Assembly (NCBI RefSeq): GCF_009914755.1
Contig: NC_060937.1
Direction: 5' to 3' (one strand)
Origin: the human T2T-CHM13v2.0 reference genome, Homo sapiens
Length of the DNA stretch: 64,000 nt
Of this stretch, positions 42,898-58,500 are shown piece by piece. Below the pieces are notes generated by a model. The model was not told the origin of the DNA. It worked only from the letters and a program-made list of their open reading frames with translations, and did not search any database. Position 1 is the first letter of the stretch. Every line of letters begins with the position of its first letter. Made by a program: the position numbers and the translations under genes.

Positions 42898-45800
42898 TTG
42901 TGTACTGTACATAATATATTAAATCGCCCAAATATATATTGTATACTGTATATAAAATATGAAGGTACTTCAAATATATATTATATGCTGCACATAAAAT
43001 ATCAAAGTACCCAAAGTATGCATTACATACTGTACATAAAATATCAAAGTACACAAATTATATATTATATTCTGTACATAAAATATGTAGGTTCATCAAA
43101 TATATTTTATATTCTGTACATAATATATCAAAGTACATCAAATATATATTATATACGGTACATAAAATATCAAAGTACCCAAAATATGTACTATTTACTG
43201 TACATAAAATATGAAAGTAACCAAACTTTTATAATAAACTGTACATAAAATATCAAAGTACTCAATCTACATATTATATACAGTATATAAAATATCAAAG
43301 TACACAAACTGTATATTATATACTGTACATAATATATCAAAGTACCTAGAATATGTAGCATACTGTACATACAATATCAAAGTACCCAGAATGTATATTG
43401 TATACTGTACATAAAATATGAAGGTACATCAAAGATATATTATATTCTGTACATAAAATATCAAACTACACCAAATATATATTATATGCTGTACATAATA
43501 TATTAAAGTTGCCCATGTATACATTTTATACTGTACATAAAATATGAAGGTACATCAAATATATAGTATATGCTGCACATAAAATATCAAAGTACCCAAA
43601 GTATGTATTATATACTGTACATAAAATATCAAAGTACCAAAAGTATATATTACCTACTGAAAATAAAATATGAAGATACCTCAAATATATATTATATTCT
43701 GTACATGAAATATCAAAGTACACCAAGTATATACTATATACTCTACATAAAATATTAAATTACCCAAAATATGTATTGTATTGTGTACATAAAATATGAA
43801 AGTAACCAAACATTTATAATAAACTGTACATAAAATATCAAAGTACTCAAACTTTATATTATATACTGTACATAAAGTATCAAAGTACCCAAACTGTGTA
43901 GTATATACTGTACATAAAATATCAAGGTACCCAAAATGTATATTGTAAACTGTAGATAAAATATCAAAGTACCCAAAATATATATTATATACTGTACATA
44001 AAATATGAAGGCACATCCAATATATATTATATTCTGTACATAAAATATCAAAGTACACCAAATGTATATTATATACTGTACATAAAATATAAAACTACCC
44101 CAAATATATCTTATATACTCTACATAAAATATCAAAGTACCCAAAATATATATTATATACTGTACATAATATATCAAAGTACCCATAGTATGTATTATAT
44201 CCTGTACATAAAATATGAAAGTACGTCAAATATATATTCTATTCTGCACATAAAATATCATATTGCACCAAATATATATTGTATACTGTATATAAAATAT
44301 GAAGGTACTTCAAATATATATTATATGCTGCACATAAAATATCAAAGTACCCAAAGTATGCATTATATACTGTACATAAAATATCAAAGTACCCAAAGTG
44401 TATATTATATACTGTACATAAAATATGAAGGTTCATCAAATATATTTTATATTCTGCACATAATATATCAAAGTACAGCAAATATATATTATATACTGTA
44501 CATAAAATAACAAAGTACCAAAAATATGTATTATATACTGTACATAAAATATGAAAGTAACCAAATATTTATAATAAACTGTATATAAAATATCAAAGTA
44601 CTCAAACTACATATTATATACAGTATATAAAATATCAAAGTACCCAAACTGTATATTATATACTGTACATACTATATTAAAGTACCCGAATATAGAGCAT
44701 ACTGTACATAAAATATCAAATTACCCAAAATATATATTGTATACTGTACATAAAATATGAAGGTACATCAAAGATATATTATATTCTGTACATAAAATAT
44801 CAAAGTACACCAAATATATACTATATGCTGTACATAATATATTAAAGTCGACCAAATATATATTATATACTGTACATAAAATATGAAGATACATCAAATA
44901 TATATTATATACTGCACATAAAATATCAAAGTACCCAAAGTATGTATTATATACTGTACATAAAATATCAAAGTACCCAAAGTATATATTATATACTGTA
45001 CATAAAATATAAAATACCCCAAATATATATTATATGCTATACATAAAATATCAAAGTACACAAAATATGTATTATGTACTGTACATAAAATATCAAAGGA
45101 TCCAATATATATATTATGTAGTGTACATAAAATATCAAAATACCCAAAATATATATTATATACTGTACATAAAATACCAAAGTACCCAAAGTATATATTA
45201 TATACCGTACAAAAAATATCAAAGTAGCCAAAATATGTATTATACACTGTACATAATATATGAAAGTACCCAAACATTTATAATAAACTGTACATAAAAT
45301 ATCAATGTACTCAATCTATATATTATGTGCGGTACATAAGATATCAAAGTACCCATACTATATAGTATATACTGTACTTAAAATATCAAAATACCCAAAA
45401 TATATATTATATACGTTATATAAACTATCAAATACACAAAGTATGTATTATATACTGTACATAAAATAGCAAAGTTCCCAAAATATGTATTATATACTGT
45501 ACATAAAATATGAAAGTACCCAACCATTTATAATAAAGTCTACATAAAATACCAAAGTACCCAAACTGTGTATTATATACTGTCCATAAAATATCAAAGG
45601 ACCCAAAATATATATCGTAAACTCTACATAAAATATCAAAGTAGCCAAAATACATATTGTATACTGTACATAAAATATAAAAGTACCCCAAATATGTATT
45701 ATATACTGTACATAAAATATCAAAGTACCCATAATACATATTATATACTGTACATAAAATATCAGAGGACCCAAAATAAACATTATATACTGTACATAAA

Positions 45801-46204
45801 ATATCCAAATACTCACAATATATATTACATACTGTACATAAAATATCAAAGTACCCAAATTATGTATTATATATTGTACGTAAAATATCAGAGTACCCAA
45901 AATATGCATTATATACTGTACATAAAATATGAAAGTAACAATACATTTATAATAAACTGTACATAAAATATCAAAGTACTCAAACTATATATCATTTACT
46001 GTACATAAAATATCAAAGTACCCAAACTGTGTATTATTATATACTGTATATAAAATATCAAAGTACCTGAAATATATATTGTATACTGTACATAAAATAT
46101 CAAAGTACCCAAAATATATACTATATACTGTATATAAAATATGAAGGTACATCAAATATATATTATATCCTGTACATAAAATATCAAAGTACACCTATTA
46201 TATA
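42898..46204 (+). repeat. Macro-unit B (3307 bp)
   Basis: Marker spacing 3307. GTCGAC at 44847 and GGATCC at 45098. Confidence 0.85.
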
Positions 46205-49200
46205 TTGTGTACTGTACATAATATATTAAATCGCCCAAATATATATTGTATACTGTATATAAAATATGAAGGTACTTCAAATATATATTATATGCTGCAC
46301 ATAAAATATCAAAGTACCCAAAGTATGCATTACATACTCTACATAAAATATCAAAGTACACATATTATATATTATATAATGTACATAAAATATGAAGGTT
46401 CATCAAATATATATTATATTCTGTACATAATATATCAAAGTACATCAAATATATATTATATACGGTACATAAAATATCAAAGTACCAAAAATATGTATTA
46501 TATACTGTACATAAAACATGAAAGTAACCAAACATTTATAATAAACTGTACATTAAATATCAAAGTACTCAATGTACATATTATATACAGTATATAAAAT
46601 ATCAAAGTACACAAACTGTATATTATATACTGTACATAATATATCAAAGTACCCAGAATATATAGCATACTGTACATAAAATATCAAAGTACCCAAAATA
46701 TATATTGTATACTGTACATAAAATATGAAGGTACATCAAAGATATATTATATTCTGTACATAAAATATCAAACTACACCAAATATATATTATATGCTGTA
46801 CATAATATATTAAAGTTGCCCATATATGCATTATATACTGTACATAAAATATGAACGTACATCAAATATATAGTATATGCTGCACATAAAATATCAAAGT
46901 ACCCAAAGTATGTATTATACACTGTACATAAAATATCAAAGTACCAAAAGTATATATTACATACTGTAAATAAAATATGAAGGTACGTCAAATATATATT
47001 CTATTCTATACATAAAATATCAAAGTACACCAAGTATATACTATATATTCTGCATAAAATATTAAATTACCCGAAATATGTATTGTATTGTGTACATAAA
47101 ATATGAAAGTAACCAAACATTTATAATAAACTGTACATAAAATATCAAAGTACTCAAACTGTATATTATATACTGTACATAAAGTATCAAAGTACCCAAA
47201 CTGTGTAGTATATACTGTACATAAAATATCAAGGTACCCAAAATATATATTGTAAACTGTAGATAAAATATCAAAGTACCCAAAATATATATTATATACT
47301 GTACATGAAATATGAAGGCACATCCAATATATATTATACTCTGTACATAAAATATCAAAGTACACCAAATGTATATTCTATACTGTACATAAAATATCAA
47401 AGTACCCAAAGTGTATATTATATACTGTACATAAAATATGAAGGTTCATCAAATATATTTTATATTCTGCACATAATATATCAAAGTACAGCAAATACAT
47501 ATTATATACTGTACATAAAATATCAAAGTACCCAAAATATGTATTATATACTGTACATAAAATATGAAAGTAACCAAACATTTATAATACACTGTACATA
47601 AAGTATCAAAGTACTCAAACTACATATTATATACAGCATATAAAATGTCAAAGTACCCATACTGTATATTATATACTGTACATAATATATCAAAGTACCC
47701 GAATATATAGCATACTGTACATAAAATATCAAAGTACCCAAAGTGTGTATTATACACTGCACATAAAATATGAAGGTACATAAAATATATATTGTATTCT
47801 GTACATAAAATATCAAAGTACTCCAAATATATATTATATGCTGTACATAATATATTAAAGTCGCCCAAATATATATTATATACTGTACATAAAATATGAA
47901 GGTACGTCAAATATATAGTATATGCTGCACATAAAATATCAAAGTACCCAAAGTATGTATTATATACTGTACATAAAATATCAAAGTACCCAAAGTATAT
48001 ATTATATACTGTACATAAAATATAAAATACCCCAAATATATATTATGTGCTGTACATAAAATATCAAAGTACACAAAATATGTATTATGTACTGTACATA
48101 AAATATCAAAGGACCCAAAATATATATTATATACTGTACATAAAATATAAAAATACCCAAAATATATATTATATACTGTACATAAATTACCAAAGTACCC
48201 AAAGTATATATTATGTACCGTACAAAAAATATCAAAGTAGCCAAAATATGTATTATACACTGTACTTAATATATGAAAGTACCCAAACATTTATAATAAA
48301 CTGTACATAAAATATCAATGTACTCAAACTATATATTATGTGCGGTACATAAGATATCAAAGTACCCATGCTATATAGTATATACTGTACTTAAAATATC
48401 AAAATACCCAAAATATATATTATATACGTTACATAAACTATCAAATACACAAAGTATGTATTATATACTGTACATAAAATAGCAAAGTTCCCAAAATATG
48501 TATTATATACTGTACATAAAATATGAAAGTACCCAACCATTTATAATAAAGTCTACATAAAATACCAAAGTACCCAAACTGTGTATTATATACTGTCCAT
48601 AAAATATCAAAGGACCCAAAATATATATCGTAAACTCTACATAAAATATCAAAGTAGCCAAAATACATATTGTATACTGTACATAAAATATAAAAGTACC
48701 CCAAATATATATTATATACTGTACATAAAATATCAAAGTACCCATAATACATATTATATACTGTACATAAAATATCAAAGGACCCAAAATAAACATTATA
48801 TACTGTACATAAAATATCCAAATACTCAAAATATATATTACATACTGTACATAAAATATCAAAGTACCCAAATTATGCATTATATACTGTACGTAAAATA
48901 TCAGAGTAACCAAAATATGCATTATATACTGTACATAAAAAATGAAAGTAACAAAACATTTATAATAAACTGTACATAAAATATCAAAGTACTCAAACTA
49001 TATATCATATACTGTACATAAAATATCAAAGTACCCAAACTGTGTATTATTATATACTGTATATAAAATATCAAAGTACCTGAAATATATATTGTATACT
49101 GTACATAAAATATCAAAGTACCCAAAATATATACTATATACTGTACATAAAATATGAAGGTACATCAAATATATATTATATCCTGTACATAAAATATCAA

Positions 49201-49217
49201 AGTACTCCTATTATATA
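46205..49217 (+). repeat. Macro-unit A (3013 bp)
   Basis: Marker spacing 3013. No 294-bp block. Confidence 0.85.
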
Positions 49218-52200
49218 TTGTGTACTGTACATAATATATTAAATCGCCCAAATATATATTGTATACTGTATATAAAATATGAAGGTACTTCAAATATATA
49301 TTATATGCTGCACATAAAATATCAAAGTACCCAAAGTATGCATTACATACTGTACATAAAATATCAAAGTACACAAATTATATATTATATTCTGTACATA
49401 AAATATGTAGGTTCATCAAATATATTTTATATTCTGTACATAATATATCAAAGTACATCAAATATATATTATATACGGTACATAAAATATCAAAGTACCC
49501 AAAATATGTACTATTTACTGTACATAAAATATGAAAGTAACCAAACTTTTATAATAAACTGTACATAAAATATCAAAGTACTCAATCTACATATTATATA
49601 CAGTATATAAAATATCAAAGTACACAAACTGTATATTATATACTGTACATAATATATCAAAGTACCTAGAATATGTAGCATACTGTACATACAATATCAA
49701 AGTACCCAGAATGTATATTGTATACTGTACATAAAATATGAAGGTACATCAAAGATATATTATATTCTGTACATAAAATATCAAACTACACCAAATATAT
49801 ATTATATGCTATACATAATATATTAAAGTTGCCCATGTATACATTTTATACTGTACATAAAATATGAAGGTACATCAAATATATAGTATATGCTGCACAT
49901 AAAATATCAAAGTACCCAAAGTATGTATTATATACTGTACATAAAATATCAAAGTACCAAAAGTATATATTACCTACTGAAAATAAAATATGAAGATACC
50001 TCAAATATATATTATATTCTGTACATGAAATATCAAAGTACACCAAGTATATACTATATACTCTACATAAAATATTAAATTACCCAAAATATGTATTGTA
50101 TTGTGTACATAAAATATGAAAGTAACCAAACATTTATAATAAACTGTACATAAAATATCAAAGTACTCAAACTTTATATTATATACTGTACATAAAGTAT
50201 CAAAGTACCCAAACTGTGTAGTATATACTGTACATAAAATATCAAGGTACCCAAAATGTATATTGTAAACTGTAGATAAAATATCAAAGTACCCAAAATA
50301 TATATTATATACTGTACATAAAATATGAAGGCACATCCAATATATATTATATTCTGTACATAAAATATCAAAGTACACCAAATGTATATTATATACTGTA
50401 CATAAAATATAAAACTACCCCAAATATATCTTATATACTCTACATAAAATATCAAAGTACCCAAAATATATATTATATACTGTACATAATATATCAAAGT
50501 ACCCATAGTATGTATTATATCCTGTACATAAAATATGAAAGTACGTCAAATATATATTCTATTCTGCACATAAAATATCATATTGCACCAAATATATATT
50601 GTATACTGTATATAAAATATGAAGGTACTTCAAATATATATTATATGCTGCACATAAAATATCAAAGTACCCAAAGTATGCATTATATACTGTACATAAA
50701 ATATCAAAGTACCCAAAGTGTATATTATATACTGTACATAAAATATGAAGGTTCATCAAATATATTTTATATTCTGCACATAATATATCAAAGTACAGCA
50801 AATATATATTATATACTGTACATAAAATAACAAAGTACCAAAAATATGTATTATATACTGTACATAAAATATGAAAGTAACCAAATATTTATAATAAACT
50901 GTATATAAAATATCAAAGTACTCAAACTACATATTATATACAGTATATAAAATATCAAAGTACCCAAACTGTATATTATATACTGTACATACTATATTAA
51001 AGTACCCGAATATATAGCATACTGTACATAAAATATCAAATTACCCAAAATATATATTGTATACTGTACATAAAATATGAAGGTACATCAAAGATATATT
51101 ATATTCTGTACATAAAATATCAAAGTACACCAAATATATATTATATGCTGTACATAATATATTAAAGTCGACCAAATATATATTATATACTGTACATAAA
51201 ATATGAAGATACATCAAATATATATTATATACTGCACATAAAATATCAAAGTACCCAAAGTATGTATTATATACTGTACATAAAATATCAAAGTACCCAA
51301 AGTATATATTATATACTGTACATAAAATATAAAATACCCCAAATATATATTATATGCTATACATAAAATATCAAAGTACACAAAATATGTATTATGTACT
51401 GTACATAAAATATCAAAGGATCCAATATATATATTATGTAGTGTACATAAAATATCAAAATACCCAAAATATATATTATATACTGTACATAAAATACCAA
51501 AGTACCCAAAGTATATATTATATACCGTACAAAAAATATCAAAGTAGCCAAAATATGTATTATACACTGTACATAATATATGAAAGTACCCAAACATTTA
51601 TAATAAACTGTACATAAAATATCAATGTACTCAATCTATATATTATGTGCGGTACATAAGATATCAAAGTACCCATACTATGTAGTATATACTGTACTTA
51701 AAATATCAAAATACCCAAAATATATATTATATACGTTATATAAACTATCAAATACACAAAGTATGTATTATATACTGTACATAAAATAGCAAAGTTCCCA
51801 AAATATGTATTATATACTGTACATAAAATATGAAAGTACCCAACCATTTATAATAAAGTCTACATAAAATACCAAAGTACCCAAACTGTGTATTATATAC
51901 TGTCCATAAAATATCAAAGGACCCAAAATATATATCGTAAACTCTACATAAAATATCAAAGTAGCCAAAATACATATTGTATACTGTACATAAAATATAA
52001 AAGTACCCCAAATATGTATTATATACTGTACATAAAATATCAAAGTACCGATAATACATATTATATACTGTACATAAAATATCAGAGGACCCAAAATAAA
52101 CATTATATACTGTACATAAAATATCCAAATACTCACAATATATATTACATACTGTACATAAAATATCAAAGTACCCAAATTATGTATTATATATTGTACG

Positions 52201-52524
52201 TAAAATATCAGAGTACCCAAAATATGCATTATATACTGTACATAAAATATGAAAGTAACAATACATTTATAATAAACTGTACATAAAATATCAAAGTACT
52301 CAAACTATATATCATTTACTGTACATAAAATATCAAAGTACCCAAACTGTGTATTATTATATACTGTATATAAAATATCAAAGTACCTGAAATATATATT
52401 GTATACTGTACATAAAATATCAAAGTACCCAAAATATATACTATATACTGTACATAAAATATGAAGGTACATCAAATATATATTATATCCTGTACATAAA
52501 ATATCAAAGTACACCTATTATATA
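49218..52524 (+). repeat. Macro-unit B (3307 bp), near-identical to 42898-46204
   Basis: Marker spacing 3307. It shares private variants with 42898-46204 at offset 6320. Confidence 0.85.
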
Positions 52525-55500
52525 TTGTGTACTGTACATAATATATTAAATCGCCCAAATATATATTGTATACTGTATATAAAATATGAAGGTACTTCAA
52601 ATATATATTATATGCTGCACATAAAATATCAAAGTACCCAAAGTATGCATTACATACTCTACATAAAATATCAAAGTACACATATTATATATTATATAAT
52701 GTACATAAAATATGAAGGTTCATCAAATATATATTATATTCTGTACATAATATATCAAAGTACATCAAATATATATTATATACGGTACATAAAATATCAA
52801 AGTACCAAAAATATGTATTATATACTGTACATAAAACATGAAAGTAACCAAACATTTATAATAAACTGTACATTAAATATCAAAGTACTCAATGTACATA
52901 TTATATACAGTATATAAAATATCAAAGTACACAAACTGTATATTATATACTGTACATAATATATCAAAGTACCCAGAATATATAGCATACTGTACATAAA
53001 ATATCAAAGTACCCAAAATATATATTGTATACTGTACATAAAATATGAAGGTACATCAAAGATATATTATATTCTGTACATAAAATATCAAACTACACCA
53101 AATATATATTATATGCTGTACATAATATATTAAAGTTGCCCATATATGCATTATATACTGTACATAAAATATGAACGTACATCAAATATATAGTATATGC
53201 TGCACATAAAATATCAAAGTACCCAAAGTATGTATTATACACTGTACATAAAATATCAAAGTACCAAAAGTATATATTACATACTGTAAATAAAATATGA
53301 AGGTACGTCAAATATATATTCTATTCTATACATAAAATATCAAAGTACACCAAGTATATACTATATATTCTGCATAAAATATTAAATTACCCGAAATATG
53401 TATTGTATTGTGTACATAAAATATGAAAGTAACCAAACATTTATAATAAACTGTACATAAAATATCAAAGTACTCAAACTGTATATTATATACTGTACAT
53501 AAAGTATCAAAGTACCCAAACTGTGTAGTATATACTGTACATAAAATATCAAGGTACCCAAAATATATATTGTAAACTGTAGATAAAATATCAAAGTACC
53601 CAAAATATATATTATATACTGTACATGAAATATGAAGGCACATCCAATATATATTATACTCTGTACATAAAATATCAAAGTACACCAAATGTATATTCTA
53701 TACTGTACATAAAATATCAAAGTACCCAAAGTGTATATTATATACTGTACATAAAATATGAAGGTTCATCAAATATATTTTATATTCTGCACATAATATA
53801 TCAAAGTACAGCAAAATATCAAAATACCCAAAATATATATTATATACTGTACATAAAATACCAAAGTACCCTAAGTATATATTATATACTGTATAAAAAA
53901 TATCAAAGTAGCCAAAATATGTATTATACACTGTACATAATATATGAAAGTACCCAAACATTTATAATAAACTGTACATAAAATATCAATGTACTCAAAC
54001 TATATATTATGTGCGGTACATAAGATATCAAAGTACCCATACTATATAGTATATACTGTACTTAAAATATCAAAATACCCAAAATATATATTATATACGT
54101 TACATAAACTATCAAATACACAAAGTATGTATTATATACTGCACATAAAATAGCAAAGTTCCCAAAATATGTATTATATACTGTACATAAAATATGAAAG
54201 TACCCAACCATTTATAATAAAGTCTACATAAAATACCAAAGTACCCAAACTGTGTATTATATACTGTCCATAAAATATCAAAGTACCCAAAATATATATT
54301 GTAAACTCTACATAAAATATCAAAGTAGCCAAAATACATATTGTATACTGTACATAAAATATAAAAGTACCCCAAATATATATTATATACTGTACATAAA
54401 ATATCAAAGTACCCATAATACATATTATACACTGTACATAAAATATCAAAGGACCCAAAATAAACATTATATACTGTACATAAACTATTCAAATACTCAA
54501 AATATATATTACATACTGTACATAAAATATCAAAGTACCCAAATTATGTATTATATACTGTATGTAAAATATCAGAGTACCCAAAATATGCATTATATAC
54601 TGTACATAAAATATGAAAGTAACAAAACATTTATAATAAACTGTACATAAAATATCAAAGTACTCAAACTATATATCATATACTGTACATAAAATATCAA
54701 AGTACCCAAACTGTGTATTATTACATACTTTATATAAAATATCAAAGTACCTGAAATATATATTGTATACTGTACATAAAATATCAAAGTACCCAAAATA
54801 TATACTATATACTGTACATAAAATATGAAGGTACATCAAATATATATTATATCCTGTACATAAAATATCAAAGTACTCCTATTATATATTGTGTACTGTA
54901 CATAATATATTAAATCGCCCAAATATATATTGTATACTGTATATAAAATATGAAGGTACTTCAAATATATATTATATGCTGCACATAAAATATCAAAGTA
55001 CCCAAAGTATGCATTACATACTGTACATAAAATATCAAAGTACACAAATTATATATTATATTCTGTACATAAAATATGTAGGTTCATCAAATATATTTTA
55101 TATTCTGTACATAATATATCAAAGTACATCAAATATATATTATATACGGTACATAAAATATCAAAGTACCCAAAATATGTACTATTTACTGTACATAAAA
55201 TATGAAAGTAACCAAACTTTTATAATAAACTGTACATAAAATATCAAAGTACTCAATCTACATATTATATACAGTATATAAAATATCAAAGTACACAAAC
55301 TGTATATTATATACTGTACATAATATATCAAAATACCCAGAATATATAGCATACTGTACATACAATATCAAAGTACCCAGAATGTATATTGTATACTGTA
55401 CATAAAATATGAAGGTACATCAAAGATATATTATATTCTGTACATAAAATATCAAAGTACACCAAATATATATTATATGCTGTACATAATATATTAAAGT

Positions 55501-58500
55501 TGCCCATGTATACATTTTATACTGTACATAAAATATGAAGGTACATCAAATATATAGTATATGCTGCACATAAAATATCAAAGTACCCAAAGTATGTATT
55601 ATATACTGTACATAAAATATCAAAGTACCAAAAGTATATATTACCTACTGTAAATAAAATATGAAGATACCTCAAATATATATTATATTCTGTACATGAA
55701 ATATCAAAGTACACCAAGTATATACTATATACTCTACATAAAATATTAAATTACCCAAAATATGTATTGTATTGTGTACATAAAATATGAAAGTAACCAA
55801 ACATTTATAATAAACTGTACATAAAATATCAAAGTACTCAAACTTTATATTATATACTGTACATAAAGTATCAAAGTACCCAAACTGTGTAGTATATACT
55901 GTACATAAAATATCAAGGTACCCAAAATGTATATTGTAAACTGTAGATAAAATATCAAAGTACCCAAAATATATATTATATACTGTACATAAAATATGAA
56001 GGCACATCCAATATATATTATATTCTGTACATAAAATATCAAAGTACACCAAATGTATATTATATACTGTACATAAAATATAAAACTACCCCAAATATAT
56101 CTTATATACTCTACATAAAATATCAAAGTACCCAAAATATATATTATATACTGTACATAATATATCAAAGTACCCATAGTATGTATTATATCCTGTACAT
56201 AAAATATGAAGGTACGTCAAATATATATTCTATTCTGCACATAAAATATCATATTGCACCAAATATATATTGTATACTGTATATAAAATATGAAGGTACT
56301 TCAAATATATATTATATGCTGCACATAAAATATCAAAGTACCCAAAGTATGCATTATATACTGTACATAAAATATCAAAGTACCCAAAGTGTATATTATA
56401 TACTGTACATAAAATATGAAGGTTCATCAAATATATTTTATATTCTGCACATAATATATCAAAGTACAGCAAATATATATTATATACTGTACATAAAATA
56501 ACAAAGTAACAAAAATATGTATTATATACTGTACATAAAATATGAAAGTAACCAAATATTTATAATAAACTGTATATAAAATATCAAAGTACTCAAACTA
56601 CATATTATATACAGTATATAAAATATCAAAGTACCCAAACTATATATTATATACTGTACATACTATATCAAAGTACCCGAATATATAGCATACTGTACAT
56701 AAAATATCAAAGTACCCAAAATATATATTGTATACTGTACATAAAATATGAAGGTACATCAAAGATATATTATATTCTGTACATAAAATATCAAAGAACA
56801 CCAAATATATATTATATGCTGTACAGAATATATTAAAGTCGACCAAATGTATATTATATACTGTACATAAAATATGAAGGTACATCAAATATATATTATA
56901 TGCTGCACATAAAATATCAAAGTACCCAAAGTATGTATTATATACTGTACATAAAATATCAAAGTACCCAAAGTATATATTATATACTGTACATAAAATA
57001 TAAAATACCCCAAATATATATTATATCCAGTACATAAAATATCAAAGTACCCAAAATATATATTGTAAACTGTACATAAAATATCAAAGTAGCCAAAATA
57101 TATATTGTATACTGTACATAAAATATAAAAGTACCCCAAATATGTATTATATACTCTACATAAAATATCAAAGTACCGATAATACATATTATATACTGTA
57201 CATAAAATATCAAAGGACCCAAAATAAACATTATATACTGTACATAAAATATCCAAATACTCAAAATATATATTACATACTGTACATAAAATATCAAAGT
57301 ACCCAAATTATGTATTATATACTGTACGTAAAATATCAGAGTACCCAAAATATGCATTATATACTGTACATAAAATATGAAAGTAACAAAACATTTATAA
57401 TAAACTGTACATAAAATATCAAAGTACTCAAACTATATATCATATACTGTACATAAAATATCAAAGTACCCAAACTGTGTATTATTATATACTGTATATA
57501 AAATATCAAAGTACCTGAAATATATATTGTATACTGTACATAAAATATCAAAGTACCCAAAATATATACTATATACTGTACATAAAATATGAAGGTACAT
57601 AAATATATATTATATACTGTACATAAAATATCAAAGTACACCTATTATATATTGTGTACTGTACATAATATATTAAATCGCCCAAATATATATTGTATAC
57701 TGTATATAAAATATGAAGGTACTTCAAATATATATTATATGCTGCACATAAAATATCAAAGTACCCAAGGTATGCATTACATACTGTACATAAAATATCA
57801 AAGTACACATATTATATATTATATAATATACATAAAATATGAAGGTTCATCAAATATATATTATATTCTGTACATAATATATCAAAGTACATCAAATATA
57901 TATTATATACTGTACATAAAATATCAAAGTACCAAAAATATGTATTATATACTGTACATAAAATATGAAAGTAACCAAACATTTATAATATACTGTACAT
58001 AAAATATCAAAGTACTCAGTCTACATATTATATACAGTATATAAAATATCAAAGTACACACACTGTATATTATATACTGTACATAATATATCAAAGTACC
58101 CAGAATATATAGCATACTGTACATAAAATATCAAAGTACCCGAAATATATATGGTATACTGTACATAAAATATGAAGGTACATCAAAGATATATTATATT
58201 CTGTACATAAAATATCAAACTACACCAAATATATATTATATTTTGTACATAATATATTAAAGTTGCCCAAATATACATTCTATACTGTACATAAAATATG
58301 AACGTACATCAAATATATAGTATATGCTGCACATAAAATATCAAAGTACACAAAGTATGTATTATACACTGTACATAAAATATCAAAGTACCAAAAGTAT
58401 ATATTACATACTGTAAATAAAATATGAAGGTACCTCAAATATATATTATGTTCTGTACATAAAATATCAAAGTACACCAAGTATATACTATATACTCTGC

